Below the pieces are notes generated by a model. The model worked only from the letters and a program-made list of their open reading frames with translations, searched no databases and was not told the DNA's origin. DNA of 64,000 bases, from the NCBI RefSeq assembly GCF_018350175.1, contig NC_058368.1, positions 108,006,001 through 108,070,000 of the forward strand, given 5' to 3'. The stretch is from Felis catus (lineage: Eukaryota). The translations under genes were made by a program, and so were the position numbers. Positions 14,020-26,560 of the stretch are shown here, in pieces (the stretch's first letter is position 1; each line of letters begins with the position of its first letter).

Positions 14020-15473
14020 TAAAACAAAGACCATACCAACAGACATAGAGGGCATTACATAATCCTAAAGAGATCGATGCAATAAAAGAGTTTATCAGTT
14101 GTAAATACATTGGAGCACCTAAATACATAAGGCAAATATTAATGGACATAAAGAGAGAAATTAATGGTAATACAATAACATAGGGGACTTTAACACTCCA
14201 CTTACATCAATGGACAGATCATCTAGATAAGAAATCAATAAGGAAACAATGTCTTTGAATGGACATAGCAGTCATATACAGAACATAGCAGTCATATACA
14301 GAACATTCTATTGAAAAATAACAGAATACACATTCTTTTCAAGTGCACATGGAACATTCTCCAAAATAGATCATATATTAGGCCATAAAACAAGCATTAA
14401 TAAATTTAAGAAGATTGAAGTCATACTATGCATCTTTTCCAGTCACAAAGGTATGAAAGTAGAAATAAATCAAAAGAAAAAACTGGAAGAAAAATAAACA
14501 CATGGAGACTAAACAGCATGAAACTAAACAACCAAAGACTCATCAAAGCAATCAAAGAAGAAATTAAAACATACATGGAGACAAATGAAAATAAAAACAT
14601 AGCGGTCTAAAATCTTTGGGACACAGCAAAAGTAGTTCTAAGAGAGCAGTATATAACAATACAGGCCTACCTCAAGAAATAAGAAAAAGACCAAATAAAT
14701 AATCTAACCTTACACCTAAAGGAACTAGAAAAAGAACAAACAAAACCCACGGTAAGTCAGAGAAAGGAAATGATAAAGTTCAGAGCAGAAATAAATGACA
14801 TAAGAGACTAAGAAAAAGAAATAAATAGATGAAACCAAGAGCTGGTTCTTTGAGAAGATAAACAAAATTGACAAAACCTTAGCCACACTCATAAAGAAAA
14901 AAAAGAGAGAGAGAGAGAGAAAGGACCCAAATAAATCAGAAACGAAAGAGAAGTAACAGCTGACACCAGAGAAATACAAAGGATTATAAGAGAATATTAT
15001 GAAAAATTATATTCAACAAACTGGACAACCTAGAAGAAATGGATAAATTCCTAGAGACATAATCTTCCAAAACTGAACCAGGAAGAAATAGAAAATCTAA
15101 GCAGACCAATCACAAATAATGAAAATGAATCAGTAATCAAAAAGCCACCAAAAAATAAATCAAGGACTAGATCGGTTCACAAATTAATTCTACCAGGCAT
15201 TTTTTATTGTTGTTGTTGTTTGTTTGTTTATTTAAGTAGGCTTCAGGCCCAGTGCAGAGCTCAATGCAGGGCTTGAACTCACAACCCTGAGATCAAGACC
15301 TAAGCTGAAATCAAGAGTTAGATGATTAAGCAACTGAGCCACCCAAGTGCCCCTCTACTAGGCATTTAAAGAAGAATTACTATCTATTCTCAAACTGTCC
15401 CAAAAAAATAGAAGAGGAAAGAAAGTTTCCAAATATATTCCACAAAGCCAAAACTAGGCAATGACACTATGAA

Positions 15474-15477
15474 AGAA

Positions 15478-15533
<56 letters not shown>

Positions 15534-15615
15534 AAAGAAAGAATAAAGAAAGAAAACAAAGAAAGAAAAAGAATGAGAAAGAAAGAAAGAGGAAGAAGGA
15601 GGGAGGGAGGGAGGA
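15474..15615 (+). repeat. (GAAA)n / purine-rich microsatellite
   Basis: Direct reading. Confidence 0.95.
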
Positions 15616-17835
15616 AAACAATAGGCCAGTATCTCTGATGATCATAGATGCAAAAATCCTTGACAAAATTTTAGCAAACCACTACAATACATTAAAAAGA
15701 TAATTCACCACGATCACGTGGGATTTGTTCCCCAAGTATAAGGATGGTTCAATGTTTGAATCAACGTCATACACCACATCAACAAAATGAAGGATAAAAA
15801 TCATATGATCATCTCAAAGTATTTGACAAGATTCAACATAGATTTATGATGAAAATTCTCAACAAATGGGGTTAGAAGAAACATACCTCAAGATAATAAA
15901 GGTCATATATGAAAAACCCATAGCTAACCTCATACTAAATGGTGAAAAACTGAGAGATTTCCCCCTAAGGTCAGGAACAAGACAAGGATATCCACTCTCA
16001 CCACTTTCATTCAACATAGTATTGGAAGTCCTAGCCACAGCAACCAACCCAGAAAAAGAAATAAGAGGCATCCATATTGGTAAAGAAGAAGTTAAACTGT
16101 TACTGTTTCCAGACAGTATAATATATACATAGAAAATCCTAAAAACTCTGTCAGGAAATTGAATTCAGTAAAGTGGCAGGATACCAAATTAATACCCAGA
16201 AATCAGTACCATTTCTGTATATTAACAAAAAGTCACAGAAAGAGAAATTTAAAAAAGTAACACCATTTCCAATTGCACCAAAAAGAAATACCTGAGAATA
16301 AACATAACCAAAGAGTTGAAAGACCTGTCCTCCAAAAGCTGTAAAACACTGATGAAATTGAAAACAGCACAAATGGAAAGATATTTCATGCTCACAGATT
16401 GAAAGAATTAATATTATTAAAATGTCCATATTACCCACAGATCCAGCACAATCCCTATCATATTAAGAATAGCAGTTTTCATGAAACTAGAATAATTAAT
16501 CCTGAAGCTTGTATGGAACTACAAAAGCCAAAACAGCAATAGCCAAACAAAACCCAAATAGCCAAAACAATCCTGAGAAAGAAAAATCACAATACCAGAC
16601 TTCAGAATTTTTCAGAAGCTGCAGCAATCAAAACAGTATGGTACTGGCACAAAAACAGACACATAGATCAATAGAACAGAATAGAGAGCCTGGAAATAAG
16701 TCCACAATTACAGGTCAATTAATCTATGACCAAGGAAGCAAGAATATACAATGGGGAAAAGACAATCTTTTTAATAAATGGTGCTGGGAAAACTGGACAG
16801 CTACATGTAAAAGAATGAAATTGGACTGCTTTCTAACACCACACACAAAAATAAACTCAAAATGGATTAAACACTTGAACATGAGACTTGAAACCATAAA
16901 ACTCCTCGAAGAGTACACAAGCAGTAATTACTCTTACATCAGCCATAGCAACAATTTTTTTTAAGTGTATCTCCTAAAGAAAGGGAAATAAAAGTAAAAT
17001 AAACTATTGGGACTATACCAAAATAAAAAACTTCTGCAGCAAAAGAAACAACCAACAAAAGTAAAACACAACCTACTGGCTGGGAGAAGATATTTGCAAG
17101 TGACATATCCAATACACGGTTTGTATCCAAAATATTTAGAGAACTTATACAACTAAATACCACAAAACAAACAATCTAATTTAAAAGTGGGAAGAGGACA
17201 TGAATAGACATTTTCATGAAGACAACATACACATGGCCAATAGATGCTCGACAACACTGATCATCAGCAAAATGCAAATTAAAACCACAGTGAGTTACCT
17301 CACAACTATCAGAATGGCTAAAATCAAAAAGACAAGAAACAACAAGTGCTGATGTGGATGTGGAGAAAATTGAATGCTTGTGTATTTGGGGACATAAACT
17401 GGTACAGCCACTGTGGAAAACAGTTCCTCAAAAAATTAAAAATTGAAATAACATGATCTAGGACTCCTGAGTGGCTTAGTCAACTGAGTGTCTGACTCTT
17501 GATTTCAGCTCAGGTCATGATACCAGGGTAGTGGGATCCAGCCCCACATCAGGCTCCCCACTGAATGTGAAGCCTGCTTAAGATTATCTCTCTCTCTCCT
17601 TCTGGCTCCTCGCCTGCTCACATGTGCTCTCTCTCTCTAGCACTCTCTAAAAGAAAAAAAAAAAAAATATGATCCAATAATTCTACTATTGGGTATTTAC
17701 CCAGAGAAAATAAAAATGCTAACAAAAAATGCACCCCTATGTTTATTGTAGCATTATTTACAATAGCCAAGACATGGAAGCATCTTAAGTGTTCATCAAT
17801 AGATGAAGGAATAACGAAACCATATATGCGCACGT

Positions 17836-17871
<36 letters not shown>

Positions 17872-18574
17872 GAGTATTATATAGCCATAAATAAGATGAA
17901 GTTGTCCCATTTGAAACAACATAGATGGACCTAGAGGGTATTATGCCAAATGAAATAAAACTGAAAAATGTCAAATACCCTGTGATTCCACTCATAAATG
18001 GAATCTAAAAAAGTGAATGAATAAAGAAAAAATAGAATCACATCTATAAATACAGAGAACAAACTGATGGTTGCCAGAGGGGATGGGAGTAAGGGGTTGG
18101 GCAAAATGGACAAAGAAGAGAGGGAGATACAAGGTTTCTAGTTATGGAAGAGTAAGTCACGAGAATAAAAAAGACAGCATAAGGACTACAGTCAATGATA
18201 TTGTAATAACAATGTAATGGGACAGATGGTAGCTATACTTGTGGTGAACACAGCATAATGTATAAACTTGTCAAATCACCAAGTTGTACACCTGAAACTA
18301 ATGTAACAGTGTGTGTCAACTATACTCAAATTAAAAAAAAAAAAATTAGGGGCTGGCTGGATCAGTTGATAGAGCATGTGACTCTTAATCTCAAGGTCAT
18401 GAGTTCAATCCCACATTGGGCTTAAAGTTTAAGAGAAAAAAATTTTTTTCAGAATAAAAAAAAAATTGTGTATTTCAAAGGACACCATGAAGAAAGAGGA
18501 AAGGTGATGCAAAGAATGAGAAAATTTTCACAATTCCTATATCTAATAAGGGTCTAATAAAAAAGACAAGCCAT

Positions 18575-19280
18575 GGGGCACCTGGGTGGCACAGCTGGTT
18601 AAGCGTCCGACTTCAGCCAGGTCACGATCTCACGGTCCGTGAGTTCGAGCCCCGCGTCAGGCTCTGGGCTGATGGCTCAGAGCCGGGAGCCTGTTTCCGA
18701 TTCTGTGTCTCCCTCTCTCTCTGCCCCTCCCCCGTTCATGCTCTGTCTCTCTCTGTCCCAAAAATAAAAAAAAAAAGACAAGACAATTTTTAAAATAGGC
18801 AAATGAAGGGCACCTGGGTGGCTCAGTTGGTTAAATGTCCGACTTTGGCTTAGGTCATGATCTCACATCCTGTGAGGTCGAGCCCCACATCAGGCTCTGT
18901 GATGACAGCTCAGAGCCTGAAGCCTACTTCAGTTTCTATGTCTCCCTCTCTCTGCCCATCCCCCGCTCATATTCTGCCTATCCCTCAAAAATAAATAAAC
19001 ATTAAAATATATTTTTTTAAAATAAGATATAAAAATAAAATAGGCAGGGGCGCCTGGGTGGCGCAGTTGGTTAAGCGTCCGACTTCAGCCAGGTCACGAT
19101 CTCGCGGTCCCTGAGTTCGAGCCCCGCGTCCGGCTCTGGGCTGATGGCTCGGAGCCTGGAGCCTGTTTCGGACTCTGTGTCTCCCTCTCTCTCTGCCCCT
19201 CCCCCATTCATGCTCTGTCTCTCTCTCTCCCAAAAATAAATAAAAACGTTGAAAAAAAAATTAAAAAAAAAATAATAAAA
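18575..19280 (+). mobile_element. Cluster of three tandem Can-SINEs (18575-18776, 18808-19030, 19047-19280)
   Basis: Three SINE heads, with TSDs AAAAAAGACAAG and AAAATAGGCA(AATGA). Confidence 0.92.
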
Positions 19281-19979
19281 TAGGCAAATGATCTGAATAG
19301 ACATTTCTTCAAAGATAGATAAATGGGCAATAAGCACATGAAAAGATAACCAATAGATAAGATAATCATCTCCATTAGGGAGATACAAATCAAAACCACA
19401 AGATACCACTTCACACCCACTAGGATGACTATAATAAAAACGGCAGTGTTGGCCAAGATGTAGAGAAATTGGAGCTGTCATACATGGCTGGTGGACTAGG
19501 AAAATGGGTTAGCCCCCATTTTGGCAAATTTTCAAAAAGAATGTAGACATATATGTCTCTATGTTATATATGTCATAAAAGACTATAGACATAGACTAAC
19601 CATATGACCAAATGAGTAACCATATAAGCAATTCCTATTCCAATTAAATTGGTAGATTACCTATATCCGCACAAAAACCTGCCCACAGATGTTTATAGCA
19701 ACATTATTCATAAGAGCAAAATGTGGAAACTATTCAAATGTCCATCAGCCAATGAATGGAAAACCAAAAGGTGTCATATAGGAGGGACTTAAGTATTGAT
19801 ACATGCTACAAAATGGGTACTAAATTAAAGGATTCAGTCACAAAAGACCACATATTGTATGATTCTGAAGTGTCCAGAATAAGCAACTCCATAAAGACAG
19901 AAAATAGTGGTTGTTCAGGGCTGGAGTCAGTAGGTTTAGAAGGAAATAGAGAATGACTGTTAATGAATAAGTTGCAACG

Positions 19980-20137
19980 ATCATTACACTTCCCTTTATC
20001 CCTTAATACTTCAGCATTCATCAGCTAAGAACAAGGATATTCTCCTATAAAACTACAACAGAGTAACCCACCTAGGGAAGTTAACCATTCAATAGTGTCA
20101 TTTAATATACAGTTTATATTCAAATTTCAGTTTATAT

Positions 20138-20170
<33 letters not shown>

Positions 20171-20375
20171 AGATATAGATATAGATATAGATATATAGTT
20201 TATATTCAGTTTATATTCAATATATAATATATATATATATTCAAATATACAGTTTATATTCAAATTTCCCAGTTGTTGCAGCTATGAAAGCTTTCATAGC
20301 TGTTTTGGGATTTTTTTTAATATTTTATTTTTTCTTTATTTATTTTTGAAAGTGAGAAATCATGAGCAGGGGAGG

Positions 20376-20421
<46 letters not shown>

Positions 20422-23150
20422 CTCAAGCAGGCTTCATACCCAGCACAGAGCCTGAGGTGGGGCATGATCTCATGAGCCATGAGATCATGACTTGAGCCCA
20501 AATCAAAAGTTGGATGCCTAACTGAGTAGCCACCCAGGCACCCCTACAGCTGTTTTTTAATCCAAGATCCAATCTTTAGAAATACATTGTCTTATGTTAT
20601 GTCTCTGTAGCCTCTTTTAATCTAAGAATATAATTACCTTTTGGTGGTGGTGGTTATTGTTTATGATACTGATAGTTGCAGTATTGATGCTTTTCATGAC
20701 AATGACTTTTTTAAAAAAGTTTAACCCAATTGTCTTATAAAATGTCCCATATTCTGAATTTAAACATTTATTGGATTGTTTCTTCATCATTAGATTCACA
20801 TTAAACACATCTAGCAAGATAATACCCTATGATAGTGTCATGTATTCCTTATTGCACCATTATTGGTGATGCTTTTTTTTTGTGTACATATTTAATGTGC
20901 TAATAACCAGCGGATCTTTTCACTGGAATACATACTTTCTCCTTTTGTAACTAATAAGTGATTTGGAAGTGTACTGGAGGAGGTCACTGAGAGGATGTGA
21001 CCAGTGTGGTTGACTTGTGAGCTAGACCCAGGCTATTGGAGCCTCCTTACTTTCTCCCCTATCCTAGGAATCTACATTCCACCTATTATTGCTATACTAG
21101 AAGCCACTTCAAGGATGCAGCCTAGAGAGAGTAATATGTTGTTGAGACTATCCGGATGGCATATGTGCCTGAGCTCTGTTAAGACCTCTAAATAAATATT
21201 GAAGATTCTCGTGGGCAGATCCAGAGATCTACTCATCTCAAGGCTGCCCAAGACAAGCCTCCTATGTAAGTTCCCCTGCTTATTAAAACTTCTACCCACC
21301 AGGGGCGCCTGGGTGTCTCAGTCTGGTAAGCGTCAACTTCAGCTTAGGTCATGATCTCATCATTTGTGAGTTTGAGTCCCGCATCGGGCTCTGTGCTGAC
21401 AGCTCGGTGCCTGAAGCCTGGAGCCTACTTCAGATTCTGTGTCTCCTTCTCTCTGCCCCTCCCCCACTTGTGCTCTGTCTCTCTCTATCAAAAAAAAATA
21501 AAACTAAAAAATTTTTTTTCAAAAAAAAAAAAAACAACAAAACTGCTACCCACCAGTCTGGAGGGATCTGCTTATTTCTTCAGTTTTTCCTTGCACTGCA
21601 CATTTGGGGCCCGGTTTTGAATTTCACCTAAGAAACTCTGAGATTGCAAACCAGTAAAGTGATGCTTTGAGACCATATCCCCCTCTGGTGTTAGCATTCA
21701 TTGATGATCCTTGACTGATTCAGTTGTTACATTGTGTTATATTGTTATATATATGTTATGTAGTGAGTGGAAAAATTGTGATTTTTTTTTCCGTTTGATC
21801 ATTTCTTCTACAATTACTAGTTGGCGCTTATGCTAAAAAAAAAAAAAAGCACACACTCTCTCTCTGTCATCTCAATATAAAGTCACAGATTTAAAAAAAA
21901 AAAAAAGTTTATTTTGAGAGAGTGCGTGCGAGTGGGGAGGGGCAGAGAGAGGGAGAGACAGAATCCCAAGCAGGCTCTGCACTGTCAGCACAGAGCCCTA
22001 CACAGGGCTTGATCCCACAAACTGTAACATCATGATTTGAGCTGAAATCAAGAGTTAGACCAACTGAGCCACCCAGGTACCTCTCAATATAGATTCACAT
22101 ATTTATTTCTCCATGTATCGTGCCCATTATTAATTATTCTTATGCTCTAACTATCCCACATTTGGCCACCTGGAGCTCATTCAGTCAAATTCCTGTGTCC
22201 TTTTGACATGACCTCCTCAGTCTTTGAGCATTCCCTCTGCCCAGCATACCCAAACAAGATATCCAATGCTCACCTTGTACTTTCCCTTCCCCACACCTGG
22301 AATCAGCCATTTCTTCAAGGAACCTTTTAATCAGGAACAGTAGTTAAAGACCAAAAGCTAGGTGTTTATGTAATGTTACTGTCACTAAGCCTAGTGGATA
22401 AGACTGTGCCTTTTTTTTAAACTATCAATGTATACTGGTACTTCTCAACTTCATGAGCTTCTTTCTCGCCTTTTCCTGTTCCATATCGTTATCTCCCTTC
22501 TGGCACAATGAAAACTCTCTCATTCACACCATTAACTTTGTTCTATCCTATGATACACACAGAAAGAGCTACAAACAATACTGCAAACAGCAAGCCCATG
22601 AGATAATATTCAAGATTTCTTTGCATTTGTCCTTGTCCTCAAAATTTATCTGGTTTAGGATCTAGAGTCCATGTGTTGTGTTCAAAAGTAACTTGAGGGG
22701 TGCCTGGGTGGCTCATTCAGTTAAGCAGACTTGATTTCAGCTCAGATCATGATGCCAAGGTTCATGAATTTGAGCCCTACATTGGGCTCTGGGCTGACAG
22801 TGTGGAGCCTGCTTGGGATTCTCTCTCTCCCTCTCTCTTTGCCCCTCCCATGCTCTTTCTCTCTTGTTCTCTCTCAAAATAAGTAAAATAAACTTTACAA
22901 AAAGTAACTTGAGTTATATTTTGTGTGTGTTTGTTTTTAAGATTTATATATAGTTGATTTAATTTGGTTCTCTTTGTATTTGATTTTAGGCTCTTTATCT
23001 TTTGTTTTTTAATGTTTTTATTTGTTTATTTTGGGGGGGGGAGGAGCAGAGGGAGTGGGAAAGAGAATCCCAATCCCATGAACTGTGAGATCATGATCTG
23101 AGTCGAAATCAAAAGCCAGATGCTCAACTGACTGAGCCACCAGGCACCCG
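19980..23150 (-). mobile_element. Fragmented old L1 3'-region sequence with several Can-SINEs (20312-20544 -, 21905-22082 -, 22697-22900 +, about 23000-23150 -)
   Basis: L1M 3'UTR-like motifs (AAGAACAAGGATATTCTCCTATA; GGAATCAGCCATTTCTTCAAGGA) and SINE heads and tails. Confidence 0.6.
20970..21656 (+). mobile_element. Probable carnivore ERV solo LTR interrupted at its polyA signal by a Can-SINE (21302-21538)
   Basis: Starts TGTACTGG, has TAAATA and ATTAAA motifs, and interrupts the surrounding L1. SINE TSD AAAACT(T/G)CTACCCACCA at 21285-21301 and 21539-21555. Family not identified. Confidence 0.55.
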
Positions 23151-23816
23151 TCTACTTTTTATCTTTTTAATTTACTTTTAGCTTATTAACTCTTGGGTGT
23201 TTTCAGCCTTTCTCCATTCCTGTCAGTAGTAGAAAGTGTTCTTTTCACCTAGCGACTTCTCTTTCTGCAGTTCTGAGAATGGTCCCAGATGTACCATTTA
23301 GGGTTTCTTGGGATCTTCTGATAAAACTGCAGAGAAAGAAATGTAAGAGATGCATGGAAGATTACGCCTGAGGAGTTTACTTTTCTTTTTCAAGAATGAG
23401 GTACAGGAATAGCTGCAGTATATAAGAGAAATAATTGGGAAGGTTCTTTAAGCAACCGATACCTTTTACACAAGAGAAGAGGCTGCTTCAGCTGAGAAGA
23501 AAGGCTCAGGAGGTTAGGAATGTGGGATGCTCTGAGTCAGCAAAATTGTCCAGTATAGCTCATTCCAAGTATTCAGATACCATTCTTTGCTTATCGATAC
23601 TCTAACTTCCTCATAAGAGTCTAGACAAAGCTGTGAATTGAAACATGGCAACCTTGAGGATCAAAATGTTGTTTGGCTTACAACTGTTTCAGTTCTCTAG
23701 CTACAAGAGCTTATCTCCTGGAACAATCTCTCAGATTTTTATAGCATTGTCATAGAAAGCCTTTGGGTTTCAACTGCTAACTTGAACTACTAACTTAGAA
23801 ATCTTAGTTTGTCAAA

Positions 23817-23868
23817 GGAAGGAAGGAAGGAAGGAAGGAAGGAAGGAAGGAAGGAAGGAAGGAAGGAA
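23817..23868 (+). repeat. (GGAA)n microsatellite
   Basis: Direct reading, about 13 units. Confidence 0.95.
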
Positions 23869-24349
23869 AGAAAAAGTAAAGAAATCTTGTAATTCATTTT
23901 TTAAAGCTGTTCAGCAAGCAATCAGAAGCAATCACAATACCTCCACCATCCTTGAATTCTGGTTGCCCTTCATACGGTACTATGGCCGTAGCACTGGGCA
24001 GACCCAAAGCCTTGCCTTCAGTTGGTAGTATTGGTACAAGTGATCCACAGAATGACTTGATTAGCTACTTACTACTATTTACCATGGGCTATAAAAATAC
24101 AGTTCCTTAATGTTAGCTGGATTCTCCTTGTCTTTTTCCAAACCAGGCCAAATAACTAATCGTGGCTCTCCACCCCCTAACCTCACCTTTCCCTGAGAAT
24201 CTATTGTCTAAACCATTCCGACTAAAAATTTCTCCAAACATTAATTTCTTGAAACCATATTTAATGGCTAGTCACAGATTAACTGGGAAAACAGGCAAAA
24301 AGAAAGAGAAGCTATGCAAGTAATACCACACCCAAAAACAGAACCAGAG

Positions 24350-25760
24350 CGCTAGTCTGGTGGGGCTCTGCTCCCACTGTCACTGAACCAGGAACCACAG
24401 CTAGCACCGTTATCATCCCTGGTATTCAATACTGGATCCAGCGATTGGCAACACAGACACTGCTGTGCCTGCCAACTGGGTGCTGTTGCCACTGACACCA
24501 GAAAGAAGTCTCCACTGTCCTTGTTTCTTTGTGTCATTAGTTTCAAATTCAAAATCCCAGATGAGTGTATCTGATTGGCAGAGCCTAAGTCAAGGGCCCC
24601 AATCCCAGCTGGCAGAGGAGCTAGAATACTAGATATCTGTTCACTTCAGCTTCTCTTTTGGGAGGCAAGGAATCCCTCAGATGCGAACAGGGTTCAAATG
24701 CTGGACACCAATAATTACAAGCATCCATTACACATATAATACTCTGAGCAAATGCCGCAGGATATAATAGACATATACAGAGTTACTTATTTATTTTTTT
24801 TTAGTAATACTGTATTTAATAGAGCACAGCACCTATCCCGTAGTAGGCACTGAATAAATAGCAATGGTTAGTAATACTATGATAAAACTGTCATAATTAC
24901 TGTCATAATCTTGGTCATCATTATTACAAAGCGTCAACCTACAGGGATCAGTAAATAAGGATTAAGTGAGATAATGAAAGTCTCCAGCAGACTATAGAGA
25001 CCGATGACACCTAGGCCTAGATGGCACCTGATACCATGACATTATACAAGACCCTCCATAAATTAGGTACACACCTGGGGATGGGCGGGGGAAACTCTAA
25101 ACTGACTAAAATGAAGAATTTCCTACCATGCTGGATCAGAGAATCAAAACAGAAAAGTTGTTATAGAAAACAAAAAAGAGATATACTTCTTGCATACTTC
25201 ATTCTGTCTTCAAACCCTTGAATCTAGGCTGGCCTTCTAACTTGCTGTGACCAATAAGGTGTGGTACAAGTGGTGTTACTTGAGTTCTGAAGCCTATGCC
25301 TCAGGTGTCTTACAGAATTGGTTTTGCTCTCTTGAATGCTGCCCTGAGAACATTAAGCTGTGTAGAATATTGTGGGTGAAAGACATGGAAAGAGGCCAAG
25401 CCATCCCAATTCTCAGAATCCATTCTATCCAACCTACATGCGTGAGCCCAGGTGAGATAAGCAGAACCACCCAACCAACACACAAAACGATGAGAAATAA
25501 TAATTATTTTACACTGGGTTTGGGGTGTTTATCACCATGTGACCATCATGTAAGCTAGTCTAAGCTACAAGAGAATAAGGGGCCATACAAAGGAGAATCA
25601 AAGGACCACAGTTAGTTTCCATTACCAACATGAGACATCTGAGTGGGGTCATCTTGGACCTTCCAACCTTCAAGAGAACACAGCGACACAACGAACTCTG
25701 TCCAAAGCAGCAGAAAAACCACCCAGTCAGTCCACAGACTCTTGAGAAATAATAAATCCT
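24350..25760. mobile_element. Old MaLR (MLT1-type) LTR fragments plus MIR-like remnants
   Basis: TCTGATTGGCAGAGCCTAAGTCA at about 24570, GCTGTGACCAATAAG...TTCTGAAGCCTA at about 25245, GAGAAATAATAAAT at about 25745. Confidence 0.55.
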
Positions 25761-25929
25761 TCATCCTTTCTCTTACCCCCATATTTACCCATTAGCAAAT
25801 CCTTCCAGATTTAACTTCAAAAACATGCTGAAATCTGATCACTCCTTGTCAGTTCCATCACTATCAGGTCATTTTAAAACAAAGTACAGTGAATCCATGT
25901 TAAACCAATGGCATTTCTTTCTCTTTATT

Positions 25930-26458
25930 AAAAAAAATTTTTAACGTTTATTTTTGACAGAGAGAGAGAGAGAGAGACAGAACATGAGCAGGGGAGGGGC
26001 AGAGAGCGAGGGAGACACAGAATCTGAAGCAGGCTCCAGGCTCTGAGCTGTCAGCACAGAGCCCGATGCGGGACTCAATCTCACGAACCTCGAGATCATG
26101 ACATGAGCCAAAGTCAGATGCTTAACCGACTGAGCCACCCAGGCACCCCTAAACCAAGGGCATTTCTAAGAAAAACTGCCTAATCTTCAGTATGAAACAA
26201 AGAAACCAGCTATAGAAACATCAGAATTTACTCTAGGGTCACCTGGGTGGCTCAGTCAGTTGAGCATCTGACTTTGGCTCAGGTCATGATCTCATGGTTT
26301 GTGAGTTTAAGCCCCACATTGGGCTCTGTGCTGACAGCTTGGCGCCTGGGGCCTGCTTCAGATTCTGTGTCTCCCTCTCTCTCTCTCTCTGACCCTCTCT
26401 AGCTTGTGCTTTCTCTCTCTCTCTCAAAAATAAACATTTTTAAAAATCTAAAAAAAAA
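25930..26458. mobile_element. Head-to-head pair of Can-SINEs (25930-26149 -, 26236-26458 +)
   Basis: SINE heads and tails on opposite strands, about 87 bp apart. Confidence 0.9.
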
Positions 26459-26560
26459 GTTACTCTAAAAAACAAATGCATGTAACTATTCCTGAGAAGT
26501 TTATGGAACTGGATAGAATGGTAATAAATATACTTAGGAAGAAAACTTAATGAGCTATTA

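Larger units (their letters stand above)
13620..18330 (+). mobile_element. Carnivore L1 (ORF2 endonuclease region to polyA) nested inside an older L1 (about 13040-13613, resuming 18461-19960)
   Basis: ORF2-like peptides ([49 protein letters not shown]), polyA at about 18333, and a degenerate TSD at 13595-13614 and 18461-18479. Contains SINEs at about 15200-15353 and 17460-17668. Confidence 0.85.

Noticed and set aside
14263..14302. 20-bp tandem duplication ACATAGCAGTCATATACAGA x2
   Set aside because: A simple local duplication in a dead L1, with no functional implication.
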